A stretch of 50,394 bases of DNA from an uncultured Steroidobacter sp. (GCA_964492345.1 CAZBKC010000001.1:1-50394); one strand, 5' to 3'; positions 1-9,563 are shown, counted from the stretch's first letter. Made by a program: numbers and translations. Notes: generated from the letters alone by a model not told the origin.

Positions 1-471
1 GATTTCGTCGATATCCAGCCCCGAGGTGTTGGTCGCCAGGACCGCGCCGCTCCATGCCACCCGGTCGAGACGCGAGAAGATCTCGCGCTTGAGCGCCATG
101 TCCTCGTAGACAGCCTCGATGATCAGATCGCAATCCGCCAGTTCGTTGATGTCGAGCGAGCCGCGCAGGCAGGCCATGCGCTCCTCAACCTGTTGCATGG
201 TCAGCTTGCCTTTGCGCGCGCTGTTCTCGTAGTTGCGCCGCACGGTGGCAAGGCCTCGTTCCAGTGCATCGCCTCTTGTCTCAACTATCGTTACCGGCAG
301 ACCCACGTTGGCGAAGTTCATGGCGATACCGCCGCCCATGGTGCCGGCACCGATCACCCCGACGCGATGAACCGGTATGCGCGGCGTATCGGCGGGGACG
401 TCGGGAACATTCCAGGCCATCACCTCCGCCTGGGCGATGTAGTCGTTCACGGAGGCACTTGGCATAGTCAT
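1..471 (-). CDS. 3-hydroxyacyl-CoA dehydrogenase (partial; 3' part runs off the window)
   Basis: Manual translation from ATG at 471 gives [16 protein letters not shown]...[20 protein letters not shown]...[11 protein letters not shown]...[13 protein letters not shown], with the NAD-binding GxGxxG. It is absent from the ORF track because it has no stop in the window. Close paralogue of 41485-42771. Confidence 0.9.
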   Translation of the reverse strand, partial: MTMPSASVNDYIAQAEVMAWNVPDVPADTPRIPVHRVGVIGAGTMGGGIAMNFANVGLPVTIVETRGDALERGLATVRRNYENSARKGKLTMQQVEERMACLRGSLDINELADCDLIIEAVYEDMALKREIFSRLDRVAWSGAVLATNTSGLDIDEI

Positions 472-565
472 TGAGAGTCCTTATCAAGCGGGTACCGCAG
501 GCAGGAAATTTTCCGTCTGCAACGGGTTGCAGCTGTCAGCAGCTCCGAAAATATAGTCACTGAGA

Positions 566-581
566 CATACCGTCAATTCAA
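566..581. promoter_or_regulatory. Motif B site (CATACC-GTCA-ATTCAA)
   Basis: Shares 11 identical bp (CATACCGTCAA) with the site at 783. Lies in a divergent intergenic region. Confidence 0.45.
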
Positions 582-715
582 TTAATGAATAACCGCAAGG
601 CACGAGCGAGGGCTGCTCATGTGCGGTGAGGCTGATGGACGTTGAGCTGACTGAGCAGGGGTAATGGCGACGATCCTGCCACAAGATAAGTAAATCTGTT
701 GATTTTCGATTGTTA

Positions 716-731
716 TCAATCATTTGATTGA
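716..731. promoter_or_regulatory. Motif A operator, perfect (TCAATC-ATTT-GATTGA)
   Basis: Perfect palindromic arms in the divergent intergenic region upstream of the carboxylase. Recurs about 10 times in the window, always near gene starts. Confidence 0.75.
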
Positions 732-782
732 TCTACGATGCATGGCCGTTCCTGCGGTGGATCTTCCGCAGGACTGATGATC

Positions 783-798
783 CATACCGTCAAGTAAA
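783..798. promoter_or_regulatory. Motif B site (CATACC-GTCA-AGTAAA)
   Basis: About 40 bp upstream of the carboxylase start; matches the recurrent motif B. Confidence 0.45.
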
Positions 799-839
799 AT
801 ACGCAATCAGAAATGTCGCCGGTCGATGCAGGAGGGGGG

Positions 840-3800
840 ATGCAGAACACAGCCAGGGGTGTACAGACACTGCTGATCGCCAATCGCGGAGAGATCGCCA
901 TCCGGATCGCTCGCGCGGCGGCTGCCGTCGGTATGCGAAGCCTTGCGGTCTATTCCGAGGACGACGCACGGTCGCTCCATGTACGTCGATGCGATGAGGC
1001 GGCTGCACTGGCTGGCAGGGGCGCGCGCGCCTATCTGGATGCCGGACAGATCATCGACATCGCACGGGCGCAGGGGTGCGGTGCGATTCATCCCGGCTAC
1101 GGCTTTCTCAGCGAGAGCGCGGCCTTTGCGGCCGCAGTGCGCGAAGCTGGTCTGACGTTCGTGGGGCCACGCACGGAACTGCTTGCGCTGTTCGGCGACA
1201 AGACCAGGTCACGGGAACTCGCGCGTTCGCTGGATGTGGCCGTACCCCGCGGCACTTTTTCTTCGACGACGTTGGATGATGTGAGGCGATTCCGCGATTC
1301 GCTGCCGCCTGGCAGTGCCATCGTCATCAAGGCGAGCGGTGGCGGCGGCGGTCGCGGAATGCGGGTGGTGACGGAGGAATCGGAGCTGGAGGAGGCCTAT
1401 GTCCGGTGCCGGTCCGAGGCGAAATCCGCCTTCGGTACGGATGAGGTGTACGTGGAGGAGTATTTTCCGTCGGTGCGTCACCTGGAGATCCAGATCGTCG
1501 GCGATGCCGCCGGCAATGTCAGTCATCTCTGGGAGCGCGAGTGCACGATCCAGCGCCGGCATCAGAAGCTGATCGAGATTGCGCCGAGTCCCGGCATACA
1601 CGAGAGGGTTCGCGACCGTGTGATCGATGCCGCGTTGCGCATCGCTCGTCACGTGCGCTTCGACAGTCTGGGCACTTTCGAGTTTCTCGTCGATGCCGGG
1701 GGCGGGCCCGACGCACGGTTCGTATTCATCGAGACCAATGCGCGGTTGCAGGTCGAGCATACCGTGACGGAGGAAGTGCTCGGCATCGATCTGGTGCAGG
1801 CCCAGTTGCGTATTGCAGGCGGCGCGACGCTGACACAGCTGCGGCTGAACCAGGAAGCAATCCCTGCGCCGCGCGGTGCAAGCATGCAGTTACGCATCAA
1901 CATGGAGGCGATGCAGGCGGACGGTTCCAGCAAACCCACCTCCGGCACGCTGGCGGTGTTCGAGCCTCCCGGCGGACGCGATATCCGGGTGGACACCTCC
2001 GGCTACGCGGGATATGCGGCGCTGCCGGGTTTCGATCCCTTGCTGGCGAAGGTGATCGTGCATTCGTCCCGGCATGGGTTCAGCGAACTTGCGGCGGCGG
2101 CCTACCGTGCGTTGTGCGAGTTCAGGATCGAGGGTGTTGCCACCAATCTCGCGTTCCTGCAGGCACTGCTGCGGCATCCGGCCTTCATTGCCGGCGACAT
2201 CGACACGCAGTTCATCGCTCGCCATGGCGCCGAACTGTTGCGCTCCGCGGACGCTCATCCAAGGCTGTTCGTGGAGGTGCAGGCGGATCCCTTGCGCGCG
2301 CAGCGTGCCGGCGCACAGATCGATGCCGACGATCCCTTGGCCATTCTGCTGCACGGCAAGCGAGGAGCCTCGACCACCCGCGCCATCGTCGATGAGGACG
2401 CACCGGGTACGGTCAGATCCCCGCTGCAGGGAACCATCGTATCGATCGAGATGCAGGAAGGGGACCTTGTTCACCGCGGCCAGCAGGTAATCGTGATCGA
2501 GTCCATGAAGATGGAACACGCGATCAGCGCGCCGGTCAGCGGTCGCGTATCGAGAATTGCTGTCGCGGTGGGCGATACCGTGGTGGAAGATGCAGCGCTG
2601 GTTGCCATCGAGCCGCAGGAAGTGGAGCGGGAGAAAGCCGTTGACGCTACCGCAGTGGACCTTGATGCCGTTCGTCCTGATCTGCTCGAAGTGCTCAGGC
2701 GGCACGAGGTGACGCTCGATGCCGCAAGGCCCGAGGCGGTTGCGCGCCGGCGCGCAACCCGGCAGCGCACTGCCCGTGAGAACATCGACGATCTGTGCGA
2801 TCAGGGGACGTTCGTCGAGTACGGACCGCTGGTGCTCGCGGCACAGCGTGCCCGGCGCTCGCTGGAAGAACTGATCGCCAGGAGTCCGGCGGATGGCATG
2901 GTGACCGGCGTTGGCCGCATCAACGGTGACCTGTTTCCGGATCCGCAGGCACGTGCAGTCGTCATGTCCTACGACTACACCGTCTTTGCCGGGACGCAGG
3001 GCGCCCGCAATCACGTCAAGACCGACCGCATGATCCAGGTCGCCAGGCGCAGCCGCATGCCGGTGGTCATTTTCGCCGAGGGCGGCGGGGGCCGGCCTGG
3101 AGATACCGAAACCAGTGGCGACGCAGGAGGAACCCCGACGTTCGCGGACTTCGCGGAACTCAGCGGTACAGTGCCGCTGGTCGGCATCGCCTCGGGACGC
3201 TGTTTTGCCGGCAACGCCTCGCTGCTTGGCTGTTGTGACGTAGTGATCGCGACTGCGAATTCGAACATCGGCATGGGCGGTCCGGCCATGGTGGAGGGCG
3301 GTGGACTGGGTGTGTTCACGCCGGAGGAAATCGGACCGCTGTCAGTGCAGCTTGCCAATGGCGTGGTCGATATCGGTGTGGCGGATGAGATGCAGGCGGT
3401 GCGTGCGGCCCGCCAGTATCTTTCCTATTTTCAGGGTGTTCTCAAGAACCATGAATGTGTCGACCAGCGGCAGTTGCGTCATCTGATTCCGGAGAACCGG
3501 TTGCGCGCGTATGACGTTCGTCGCGTGATCGAAACATTGTCTGATATCGGTGGAGTGCTGGAACTGCGTTCGCAGTTCGCGCGCGGGATGATCACGTCTC
3601 TCATTCGTATCGAGGGAATGCCGGTCGGCGTGATTGCCAACAATCCGCAGCACCTGGGCGGTGCGATCGATGCGGACGGTGCCGACAAGGCAGCGCGCTT
3701 CATGCAGCTTTGCGACAGCTACGACATTCCCATTCTCTTTCTCTGCGATACGCCCGGCATCATGGTCGGGCCCGAGGTCGAGAAGACTGCGCTGGTGCGT

Positions 3801-4223
3801 CATTCGAGCCGCATGTTCGTCATCGGGGCCAATCTGAGCGTGCCCTTCTTTACGATCGTCCTGCGCAAGGCCTATGGACTGGGTGCCATCGCGATGGCGG
3901 GGGGCTCGTTCAAGCGTCCGCTGGCGACCGTTGCCTGGCCCACGGGCGAGTTTGGCGGCATGGGGCTCGAAGGCGCCGTAAAGCTCGCTTACCGCAACGA
4001 ACTCGCAAAAATCGACGACCCGGTCCAGCGCGCGAAGAAGTATCAACAGATGGTTGCCGAGCTCTACGAGCGCGGCAAGGCACTGAGCATCGCCACCATC
4101 TTCGGGGTGGATGACACGATCGACCCGGCGGACTCGCGCCGCTGGCTGGTGAGTCTGCTGCATTCCGTACGGGTGGCATCGGGTCGCAGGCGGCGGAAAC
4201 GACCGGGTATCGACACCTGGTAG
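840..4223 (+). CDS. Single-chain biotin-dependent acyl-CoA carboxylase (BC-BCCP-CT fusion)
   Basis: Biotin carboxylase motifs LIANRGEIA, HPGYGFLSE, GGGGRGM and RLQVEHTVTE; biotinylation motif ESMKM; carboxyltransferase motifs DYTVFAGT, EGGGGR and DTPG. Start set at ATG 840 after GGAGGGGG (ORF open from 813). Confidence 0.93.
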   Translation: MQNTARGVQTLLIANRGEIAIRIARAAAAVGMRSLAVYSEDDARSLHVRRCDEAAALAGRGARAYLDAGQIIDIARAQGCGAIHPGYGFLSESAAFAAAVREAGLTFVGPRTELLALFGDKTRSRELARSLDVAVPRGTFSSTTLDDVRRFRDSLPPGSAIVIKASGGGGGRGMRVVTEESELEEAYVRCRSEAKSAFGTDEVYVEEYFPSVRHLEIQIVGDAAGNVSHLWERECTIQRRHQKLIEIAPSPGIHERVRDRVIDAALRIARHVRFDSLGTFEFLVDAGGGPDARFVFIETNARLQVEHTVTEEVLGIDLVQAQLRIAGGATLTQLRLNQEAIPAPRGASMQLRINMEAMQADGSSKPTSGTLAVFEPPGGRDIRVDTSGYAGYAALPGFDPLLAKVIVHSSRHGFSELAAAAYRALCEFRIEGVATNLAFLQALLRHPAFIAGDIDTQFIARHGAELLRSADAHPRLFVEVQADPLRAQRAGAQIDADDPLAILLHGKRGASTTRAIVDEDAPGTVRSPLQGTIVSIEMQEGDLVHRGQQVIVIESMKMEHAISAPVSGRVSRIAVAVGDTVVEDAALVAIEPQEVEREKAVDATAVDLDAVRPDLLEVLRRHEVTLDAARPEAVARRRATRQRTARENIDDLCDQGTFVEYGPLVLAAQRARRSLEELIARSPADGMVTGVGRINGDLFPDPQARAVVMSYDYTVFAGTQGARNHVKTDRMIQVARRSRMPVVIFAEGGGGRPGDTETSGDAGGTPTFADFAELSGTVPLVGIASGRCFAGNASLLGCCDVVIATANSNIGMGGPAMVEGGGLGVFTPEEIGPLSVQLANGVVDIGVADEMQAVRAARQYLSYFQGVLKNHECVDQRQLRHLIPENRLRAYDVRRVIETLSDIGGVLELRSQFARGMITSLIRIEGMPVGVIANNPQHLGGAIDADGADKAARFMQLCDSYDIPILFLCDTPGIMVGPEVEKTALVRHSSRMFVIGANLSVPFFTIVLRKAYGLGAIAMAGGSFKRPLATVAWPTGEFGGMGLEGAVKLAYRNELAKIDDPVQRAKKYQQMVAELYERGKALSIATIFGVDDTIDPADSRRWLVSLLHSVRVASGRRRRKRPGIDTW

Positions 4224-4299
4224 CCCCTCGGGCACGCAGTTCGTCCATGCTGAGGTACAGTAGTGTCCTGGCAGTGCACGAAGGAGTTCGGACAAACCC

Positions 4300-4998
4300 A
4301 TGGCGCGGCGAATCAAGACGCTGGCTGAAGCCGCAGATACGCGGGCGCGGCTGATCGAAGTGGCGGCCCGACATTTCGCCGAGCACGGCTACCGCGGTGC
4401 CAGTCAGCGCGAGATTCAGCGCGAACTCGGCGTGAATCCTGCAGCCGCGCATTATCACTTCGGTTCCAAGGAAGCCCTGTACCGCGGAGTGATCGACAGC
4501 TTCATTCATGACGTGCAGGAAGAGCGCCTGAGGCGCCTGAAAGAGATCGATCCGGGGCTGGTCGGCCGGGCGCGGTTACAGCGCTTGCTGTATGACTATT
4601 TTTATCCCCACGTCGCGCTCGCCAGCACCGCCGCGGGCTTTTCATATGCGCGCATTCTGGCCAGCGTGCAGCACGAATACAAAACCGCATCCACGAAGAT
4701 CTTCGACGATATCGTTGCACCGGTTCGCAACCGCTACATTGCTGCGATTTCCGAGCTGTTTCCGCAGACCTCCCGGGCGGAAATCCAGCGGTTGCTTGCA
4801 ATGGCCGTCGCACTGATGGCAGTGACAGCCACCTGGCATGATCCTCCGCCGCTGGCTGCGAGCGAGGACGCGGCACGGGAACTGGCACGCTACCTTGCCC
4901 GCTTCACGACCGCCGGGTTCGAGGCGCAGCTCGGCGAGCTTCCGCAACGCGCGGGGCAGACCAAACGGAAACAGGCAGCGCGAAAATCCTCCAGGTAG
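4300..4998 (+). CDS. TetR-family transcriptional regulator (PsrA-like HTH)
   Basis: N-terminal TetR HTH: DTRARLIEVAARHFAEHGYRGASQREIQRELGVNPAAAHYHFGSKEAL. AAGGAG precedes the start. Confidence 0.9.
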   Translation: MARRIKTLAEAADTRARLIEVAARHFAEHGYRGASQREIQRELGVNPAAAHYHFGSKEALYRGVIDSFIHDVQEERLRRLKEIDPGLVGRARLQRLLYDYFYPHVALASTAAGFSYARILASVQHEYKTASTKIFDDIVAPVRNRYIAAISELFPQTSRAEIQRLLAMAVALMAVTATWHDPPPLAASEDAARELARYLARFTTAGFEAQLGELPQRAGQTKRKQAARKSSR

Positions 4999-5095
4999 CG
5001 TTTCTTCTCCGCGCCGACTATCGCCCATCCCTCGCAATCCCATGGCGACTGCGGCCCATCGATTGACGATGAGCCACAAGTCTGCAAGCATCCAT

Positions 5096-5111
5096 TCAGT
5101 CACTTGATTGA
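5096..5111. promoter_or_regulatory. Motif A operator, 1 mismatch (TCAGTC-ACTT-GATTGA)
   Basis: About 95 bp upstream of the cyclase/CoA-transferase operon. Confidence 0.65.
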
Positions 5112-5204
5112 TAAGAACCATCCGTGATGTATCCGCCTGGCCCGGGTATGCCTGCGTCCACACGGCGTGGCGTCCGGATCGAACCGTAGGAGCGCCGAGG
5201 CCGC

Positions 5205-5996
5205 ATGCGCCTAGTTGACCTCTCAAGACCGCTCGATCCGGCAGATTCCCAAAAAATTCCTGAGCCCTATCGCGGGTGGGCTGGGAACATCGTTCCCGAT
5301 ATCGAGCCGATACAACCGTGGGATGAAGGTGCCAGGGTGATGTGCGCGATCTTCGGCTGTGAGCCTCACCACCTGCCTGAAGGCGAGGGGTGGGGTGATG
5401 AGCAGGTGAGGATGACCACGCATCTGGGGACTCATGTGGATGCGCCCCTTCATTATGGTTCGAAGTCCGAGGGCAGGCCCGCGCGCGCCATCTCCGACAT
5501 CGCGTTGGACGAGCTGTTCGTGGATGGCGTTGTGCTCGATGTACGCGGGACGGCCCCGGGGGAAGGAATTCCGGTCCCGACACTCGCGGCGGCGATCGAG
5601 AGGCTCGGGGTGCCCGTGCCGAGAGGCGGCGCGGTGCTGCTGCGTACGGGTCAGGAGCAATTTCCGCTGTCGGATCCCCGCTATTTCAACTATCCAGGCA
5701 TGACGCGTGATGGAACGCTCTATCTCGCCGAGCGGGGCGCCAAGGTACTGGGAACCGACGCGCTGGGCTGGGATCGCCCGTTTCCGGTGATGCGCGAGGC
5801 ATTCCATTCCACGGGCGATCCCGGGCAGATCTGGGACGGTCACTTTGCCGGACGCGATCGCGAAGTCTTCATTGTCCAGCAGCTGGTGGGGCTGGCTGAA
5901 CTGCCAGCGCACGGTTTCAAGGTCGGGTTCTTTCCGCTGCGGCTGGTCGGTTGCAGCGCCGCTCCAGCGCGAGTCGTCGCGTTCATCGAAGCCTGA
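5205..5996 (+). CDS. Cyclase / kynurenine-formamidase-family metal-dependent hydrolase
   Basis: HLGTHVDAPLH matches HxGTHxDxPxH; GTDA motif; C-terminal PARVVA. Confidence 0.88.
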   Translation: MRLVDLSRPLDPADSQKIPEPYRGWAGNIVPDIEPIQPWDEGARVMCAIFGCEPHHLPEGEGWGDEQVRMTTHLGTHVDAPLHYGSKSEGRPARAISDIALDELFVDGVVLDVRGTAPGEGIPVPTLAAAIERLGVPVPRGGAVLLRTGQEQFPLSDPRYFNYPGMTRDGTLYLAERGAKVLGTDALGWDRPFPVMREAFHSTGDPGQIWDGHFAGRDREVFIVQQLVGLAELPAHGFKVGFFPLRLVGCSAAPARVVAFIEA

Positions 5997-6011
5997 GTTG
6001 CGCGGACCGCC

Positions 6012-7181
6012 ATGCTCCTGGAAGGGTTGAGAGTTGTCGAACTGTCGACCTGGGTGGCGGGTCCCGGGTGTGCCGCGATCATGGCGGATTGGGGCGCGTC
6101 GGTGATCAAGGTCGAGGCACCGGCAGGCGATCCGACGCGCACGCTCGTTCCCGACTGGGTCGATCAGCATGACCACCCTGTTTTCACAATGGAGAATCGC
6201 GGCAAGCGCAGCGTCGTTCTCGATCTGTCGAAGGAAGTCGATTGCGGACGCCTGCGGTCATTGCTGCGCGAAGCAGATGTCTTCATCACCAACCTGCGCC
6301 CGGGTGCCCTGACACGCCTGCGGCTCGACTACGACGCAATTCGGACGGAAGCGCCACGCCTCATTTATTCCAGCATTACAGGATATGGCCTTGCAGGTGC
6401 CGACCGCGACCTTCCGGCCTTCGACATCACTGCCTTCTGGGCGCGCGGCGGCGTGGCCGCAGCGACGATTCCACCGGATCGGGAGCCCTTCCCGTGCAGG
6501 CCAGGCTTTGGGGATCATGCGACCGCCCTTGCGGCTCTCGCGGGCGTACTCGCCGCGCTGCATGAACGCCAGCAAACCGGCCGGGGCCGGCTGGTCGAAT
6601 CGAGTCTGATACGCACGGCGGCCTACGCGATCGGCTGGGACCTGGCAATCCTGCTGCGTACCGGCGATGTGGTCACGGCTCAACCCCGCTCAGATCGGCC
6701 AAGCCCGATCTCGGGATTCTTCAGAACGGCGGATGAGCGATGGCTCTGTATCGTGCCGCGCAGCGATCGATGTTTTCCTGCCGTGATGCGGATGATCGGC
6801 AAGGCTGAAGTGCTCGACGATCCGGCGTTTGCGCTCCCCATCACCGATATGGACAAGGTACGCGCCGTTCGCGCGATGGTCGATGAGGCCATCGGAAGCA
6901 TGACGTTTGCCCAGGCGGTGGAGAGCCTCACTGCCGCCGACATCATCTGGGCACCCATGGCGACCCTGCACGAATTCGCGGGTGATCCGCAGTCGACAGC
7001 GGCCGGATGCTTCGTTCAGATCGACGATGACCGACTTGGCTCCTTCCGTTCGCCGGCGGCCCCGGTGCGCTTTCCTGAAGGCGCCCCGACGGTGCGGCGG
7101 CCGGCACCGCCGCTCGGGCGGCGTACCGATGAAGTATTTGGTGCAGAAGGCGAAATCGTATGGCCGCGATCGCCCGTGTAG
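6012..7181 (+). CDS. Family III (CaiB/BaiF) CoA-transferase
   Basis: LEGLRVVELS...AGP, GASVIKVE...GDP, NRGKRS, ADVFITNLRPG; catalytic Asp present in PGFGDH. Confidence 0.92.
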   Translation: MLLEGLRVVELSTWVAGPGCAAIMADWGASVIKVEAPAGDPTRTLVPDWVDQHDHPVFTMENRGKRSVVLDLSKEVDCGRLRSLLREADVFITNLRPGALTRLRLDYDAIRTEAPRLIYSSITGYGLAGADRDLPAFDITAFWARGGVAAATIPPDREPFPCRPGFGDHATALAALAGVLAALHERQQTGRGRLVESSLIRTAAYAIGWDLAILLRTGDVVTAQPRSDRPSPISGFFRTADERWLCIVPRSDRCFPAVMRMIGKAEVLDDPAFALPITDMDKVRAVRAMVDEAIGSMTFAQAVESLTAADIIWAPMATLHEFAGDPQSTAAGCFVQIDDDRLGSFRSPAAPVRFPEGAPTVRRPAPPLGRRTDEVFGAEGEIVWPRSPV

Positions 7182-7233
7182 TCGGTCCGTAGATCGCAGG
7201 TAGTTGGCAGGTCGGCGAACGGCAGGGGGCGAT

Positions 7234-9363
7234 GTGAGCGAGCCATTGCAGGGTCTGCGTGTACTTGAATGCGGCGAGGATATCGCCGTTCGTTATGCGG
7301 GGCGCCTGTTTCGCGTCCTTGGGGCGCAGGTGCATCAGGCATCGCCGTCGTCGGGGTCTGCGATCGGATACGGCGGCGAGTGCGGTCGTGCCTACGGCGA
7401 CTGGCTCGATGCGGGAAAGCAGCAGGGCCTGTCCGAAGGTCGCTTCGACTTCGTTCTGGCAGGCCTCGATCCCGACGAGGTGAAGCGTGCCGGGCGCCTC
7501 GACCCGCAGGCTACGCTCATCACCATGACCTGGTTCGATCCGGAGGGACCCTACGCGGGCTGGCGCGGCAGCGATGAAATCATCACCGCGCTGAGCGGCG
7601 CCGCCTTTCTCTTCGGTCCCGCCGAAGGGCCGCCGATGCTTCCGCAGGGACATGTGCCGCAGATCACCGCGGGTCTGGTCGCGTTCATCGCGGCGCTGGC
7701 GACATTGTGTGCGCCCCGTCGGGCGAACAGGATCGACGTGAACGTGCTCGAAGCCGCGCTGTGCTACGCGGAGAACGGCGCGTTGGGAGCGCAGGAGACG
7801 GGCCTCGGCGTGCCACGGCTGGGCATCAATCGATACGTGCCGACGTACCCGTGCGCTCCGTACCGGACCAGCGATGGATGGATCGGCCTGACGGCCCTGA
7901 CGCCATCGCAGTGGCGAGCGCTGTGTGGACTGATCGATCGCGAAGACCTGCTCGATGACCCGAGATTCGCGACGGCCTATCAACGACTGATGGTCGCCGA
8001 TGAAGTCGATCGTGCGCTCGCGCCGGCGATCGCTGGCCGCACTCAGCGGGAGTGGGTCGAACTCGGGATCGCAAACCGCATTCCCGTCGCGCCCATGGAT
8101 CGTCCCGGCGCCTTGCCGGAGGTCGCGCACTGGCGCGAGCGCGACGCCTTCGCGTGCTTCGACGAATCCGGCGTTGCTGGGCCGACTCTGCCTTACCGCA
8201 TGCGCTACGACGGCGTGTGCGCTCCCGCGTGGAACTCTGACAGCGCCGACGGTCCTCTGGGCGGGCTCAAGGTGGTCGACTTCAGCATGGGATGGGCAGG
8301 TCCGTTGTGCGCGCGCACGCTGGCAGATCTTGGCGCTGATGTCGTGAAGATCGAGTGCGAGATCCGGCCGGACTGGTGGCGCGGGTGGGAGGCTGGCACG
8401 GTTGATGCGTCAACCCGTGAACGGCAGTACAACTTCATCAACGTCAATCGCAACAAGCGCGGCATCGATCTGAACCTCGCTACGGCGGAAGGCAAGCAGC
8501 AGGCGGAGGCGTTGATCGCGACCGCGGATGTCGTCGTCGAGAACTTTGCGGCAGGCGTGCTCGAGAAGCTCGATCTGGGCCAGACCCGCCAGCGACGGTT
8601 GAGGCCCGGGATCATCAGTCTGTCGATGCCCGCGTTCGGTAACGGCGGCCCGTTGTCGGGGTTGCGCGCATATGGCTCTACCGTGGAACAGGCGTCAGGC
8701 CTGCCTTTCGTCAACGGCGTGGAATCCTGGCCCCCCAGTCAGCAGCACGTGGCCCTTGGCGATCCGATCGCTGGCCTGTATGGCGCGAGCGCCATTCTTG
8801 CGGCGTTGTACGGTCGCACGCGGCTCGGCGGCGCGGATATCGATCTGGCGCAGGTGGCGTGTCTGTTTCAGGTTGACGCCGATGCCATCATCGCTGAACA
8901 GGTTCGCAAGGCGCCCGTGCCGCGAACCGGTTGCGCACGCGAGCGGCTCAAGCTTTGCTGCGTGGTCGCCGCGCGCGAACCGGATGCGTGGCTGGCCGTT
9001 GCAGCGCCCGACGATGCCGCTGCCGTGAGGCTTGCCGACGTCGTCGGTAGCCGGAGCATTGACGCGCTGCAGACCTGGGCGGCGTTCAGATCGGCGCAAT
9101 CCGCAGCGGAAGAACTGCAATCGGCCGGCGTGCCCGCTGCGCCCGTGAATCCGTCGCAGGCGTTGTTGCACGACCCGCAACTCGGCGGCTGCTACTTCAT
9201 CGAAATGGAACGCGCCGTCGTCGGACGCCACCTGGTGGCTGCATCGCCGTTCAGGATCGATGGTGTGCGTCCGCGACTGCGCTGCCCCGCGCCGCTGCTC
9301 GGCGAGCACTCCGCTGAAGTGATGGCAGAGCTGAATCTGCCGAGGCGGGAAGCCTCGCGTTGA
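7234..9363 (+). CDS. Two-domain (fused) family III CoA-transferase
   Basis: Two CaiB repeats (PLQGLRVLE... and PLGGLKVVDFSMGWAGP...NRNKRG...ADVVVENF...GDPIAG). Probable GTG start at 7234. Confidence 0.88.
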   Translation: MSEPLQGLRVLECGEDIAVRYAGRLFRVLGAQVHQASPSSGSAIGYGGECGRAYGDWLDAGKQQGLSEGRFDFVLAGLDPDEVKRAGRLDPQATLITMTWFDPEGPYAGWRGSDEIITALSGAAFLFGPAEGPPMLPQGHVPQITAGLVAFIAALATLCAPRRANRIDVNVLEAALCYAENGALGAQETGLGVPRLGINRYVPTYPCAPYRTSDGWIGLTALTPSQWRALCGLIDREDLLDDPRFATAYQRLMVADEVDRALAPAIAGRTQREWVELGIANRIPVAPMDRPGALPEVAHWRERDAFACFDESGVAGPTLPYRMRYDGVCAPAWNSDSADGPLGGLKVVDFSMGWAGPLCARTLADLGADVVKIECEIRPDWWRGWEAGTVDASTRERQYNFINVNRNKRGIDLNLATAEGKQQAEALIATADVVVENFAAGVLEKLDLGQTRQRRLRPGIISLSMPAFGNGGPLSGLRAYGSTVEQASGLPFVNGVESWPPSQQHVALGDPIAGLYGASAILAALYGRTRLGGADIDLAQVACLFQVDADAIIAEQVRKAPVPRTGCARERLKLCCVVAAREPDAWLAVAAPDDAAAVRLADVVGSRSIDALQTWAAFRSAQSAAEELQSAGVPAAPVNPSQALLHDPQLGGCYFIEMERAVVGRHLVAASPFRIDGVRPRLRCPAPLLGEHSAEVMAELNLPRREASR

Positions 9364-9412
9364 AGAGGCCGGCCAAAGCCTGGAACTGCATTGAGTAGGC
9401 ACTGAGCAAGTC

Positions 9413-9479
9413 GTCATCCCCGCGCAGGCGGGGACCCATCTTCCTGCTTCAGATGGATTCCCGCCTGCGCGGGAATGAC
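9413..9479. repeat. REP/REPIN-like palindrome (dRS3-like core)
   Basis: GTCATCCCCGCGCAGGCGGGGACCCATCT (9413-9441) and its inverted copy AGATGGATTCCCGCCTGCGCGGGAATGAC (9451-9479): 29-bp arms, 3 mismatches, each arm itself a hairpin. Lies between convergent genes. Confidence 0.85.
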
Positions 9480-9563
9480 TGATGAGGACTTGATCAGCGT
9501 TTACTCAAGGATTTTCTTGGCAGAGACCAATGCAGTGCCAATAAGCCAAAGCCACTCAGGCTG

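Noticed and set aside
665..679. Possible sigma-54 promoter (GG-N10-GC)
   Set aside because: Poor match to TGGCAC-N5-TTGC, and no enhancer-binding protein in the window.
716..731. Motif A as an FNR/CRP box
   Set aside because: The FNR box is TTGAT-N4-ATCAA. Here the half-sites are in the opposite order and fit a PsrA/TetR-type box better.
1209..4509. Long antisense or alternative-frame ORFs (e.g. 1890-3014, 3342-4316; likewise 18015-19271, 22924-24525, 26069-27589, 44697-47045)
   Set aside because: Shadow ORFs of real genes in GC-rich DNA; no recognisable motifs.
9413..9479. CRISPR repeat or ncRNA
   Set aside because: Only one inverted pair, with no spacer array and no cas genes.
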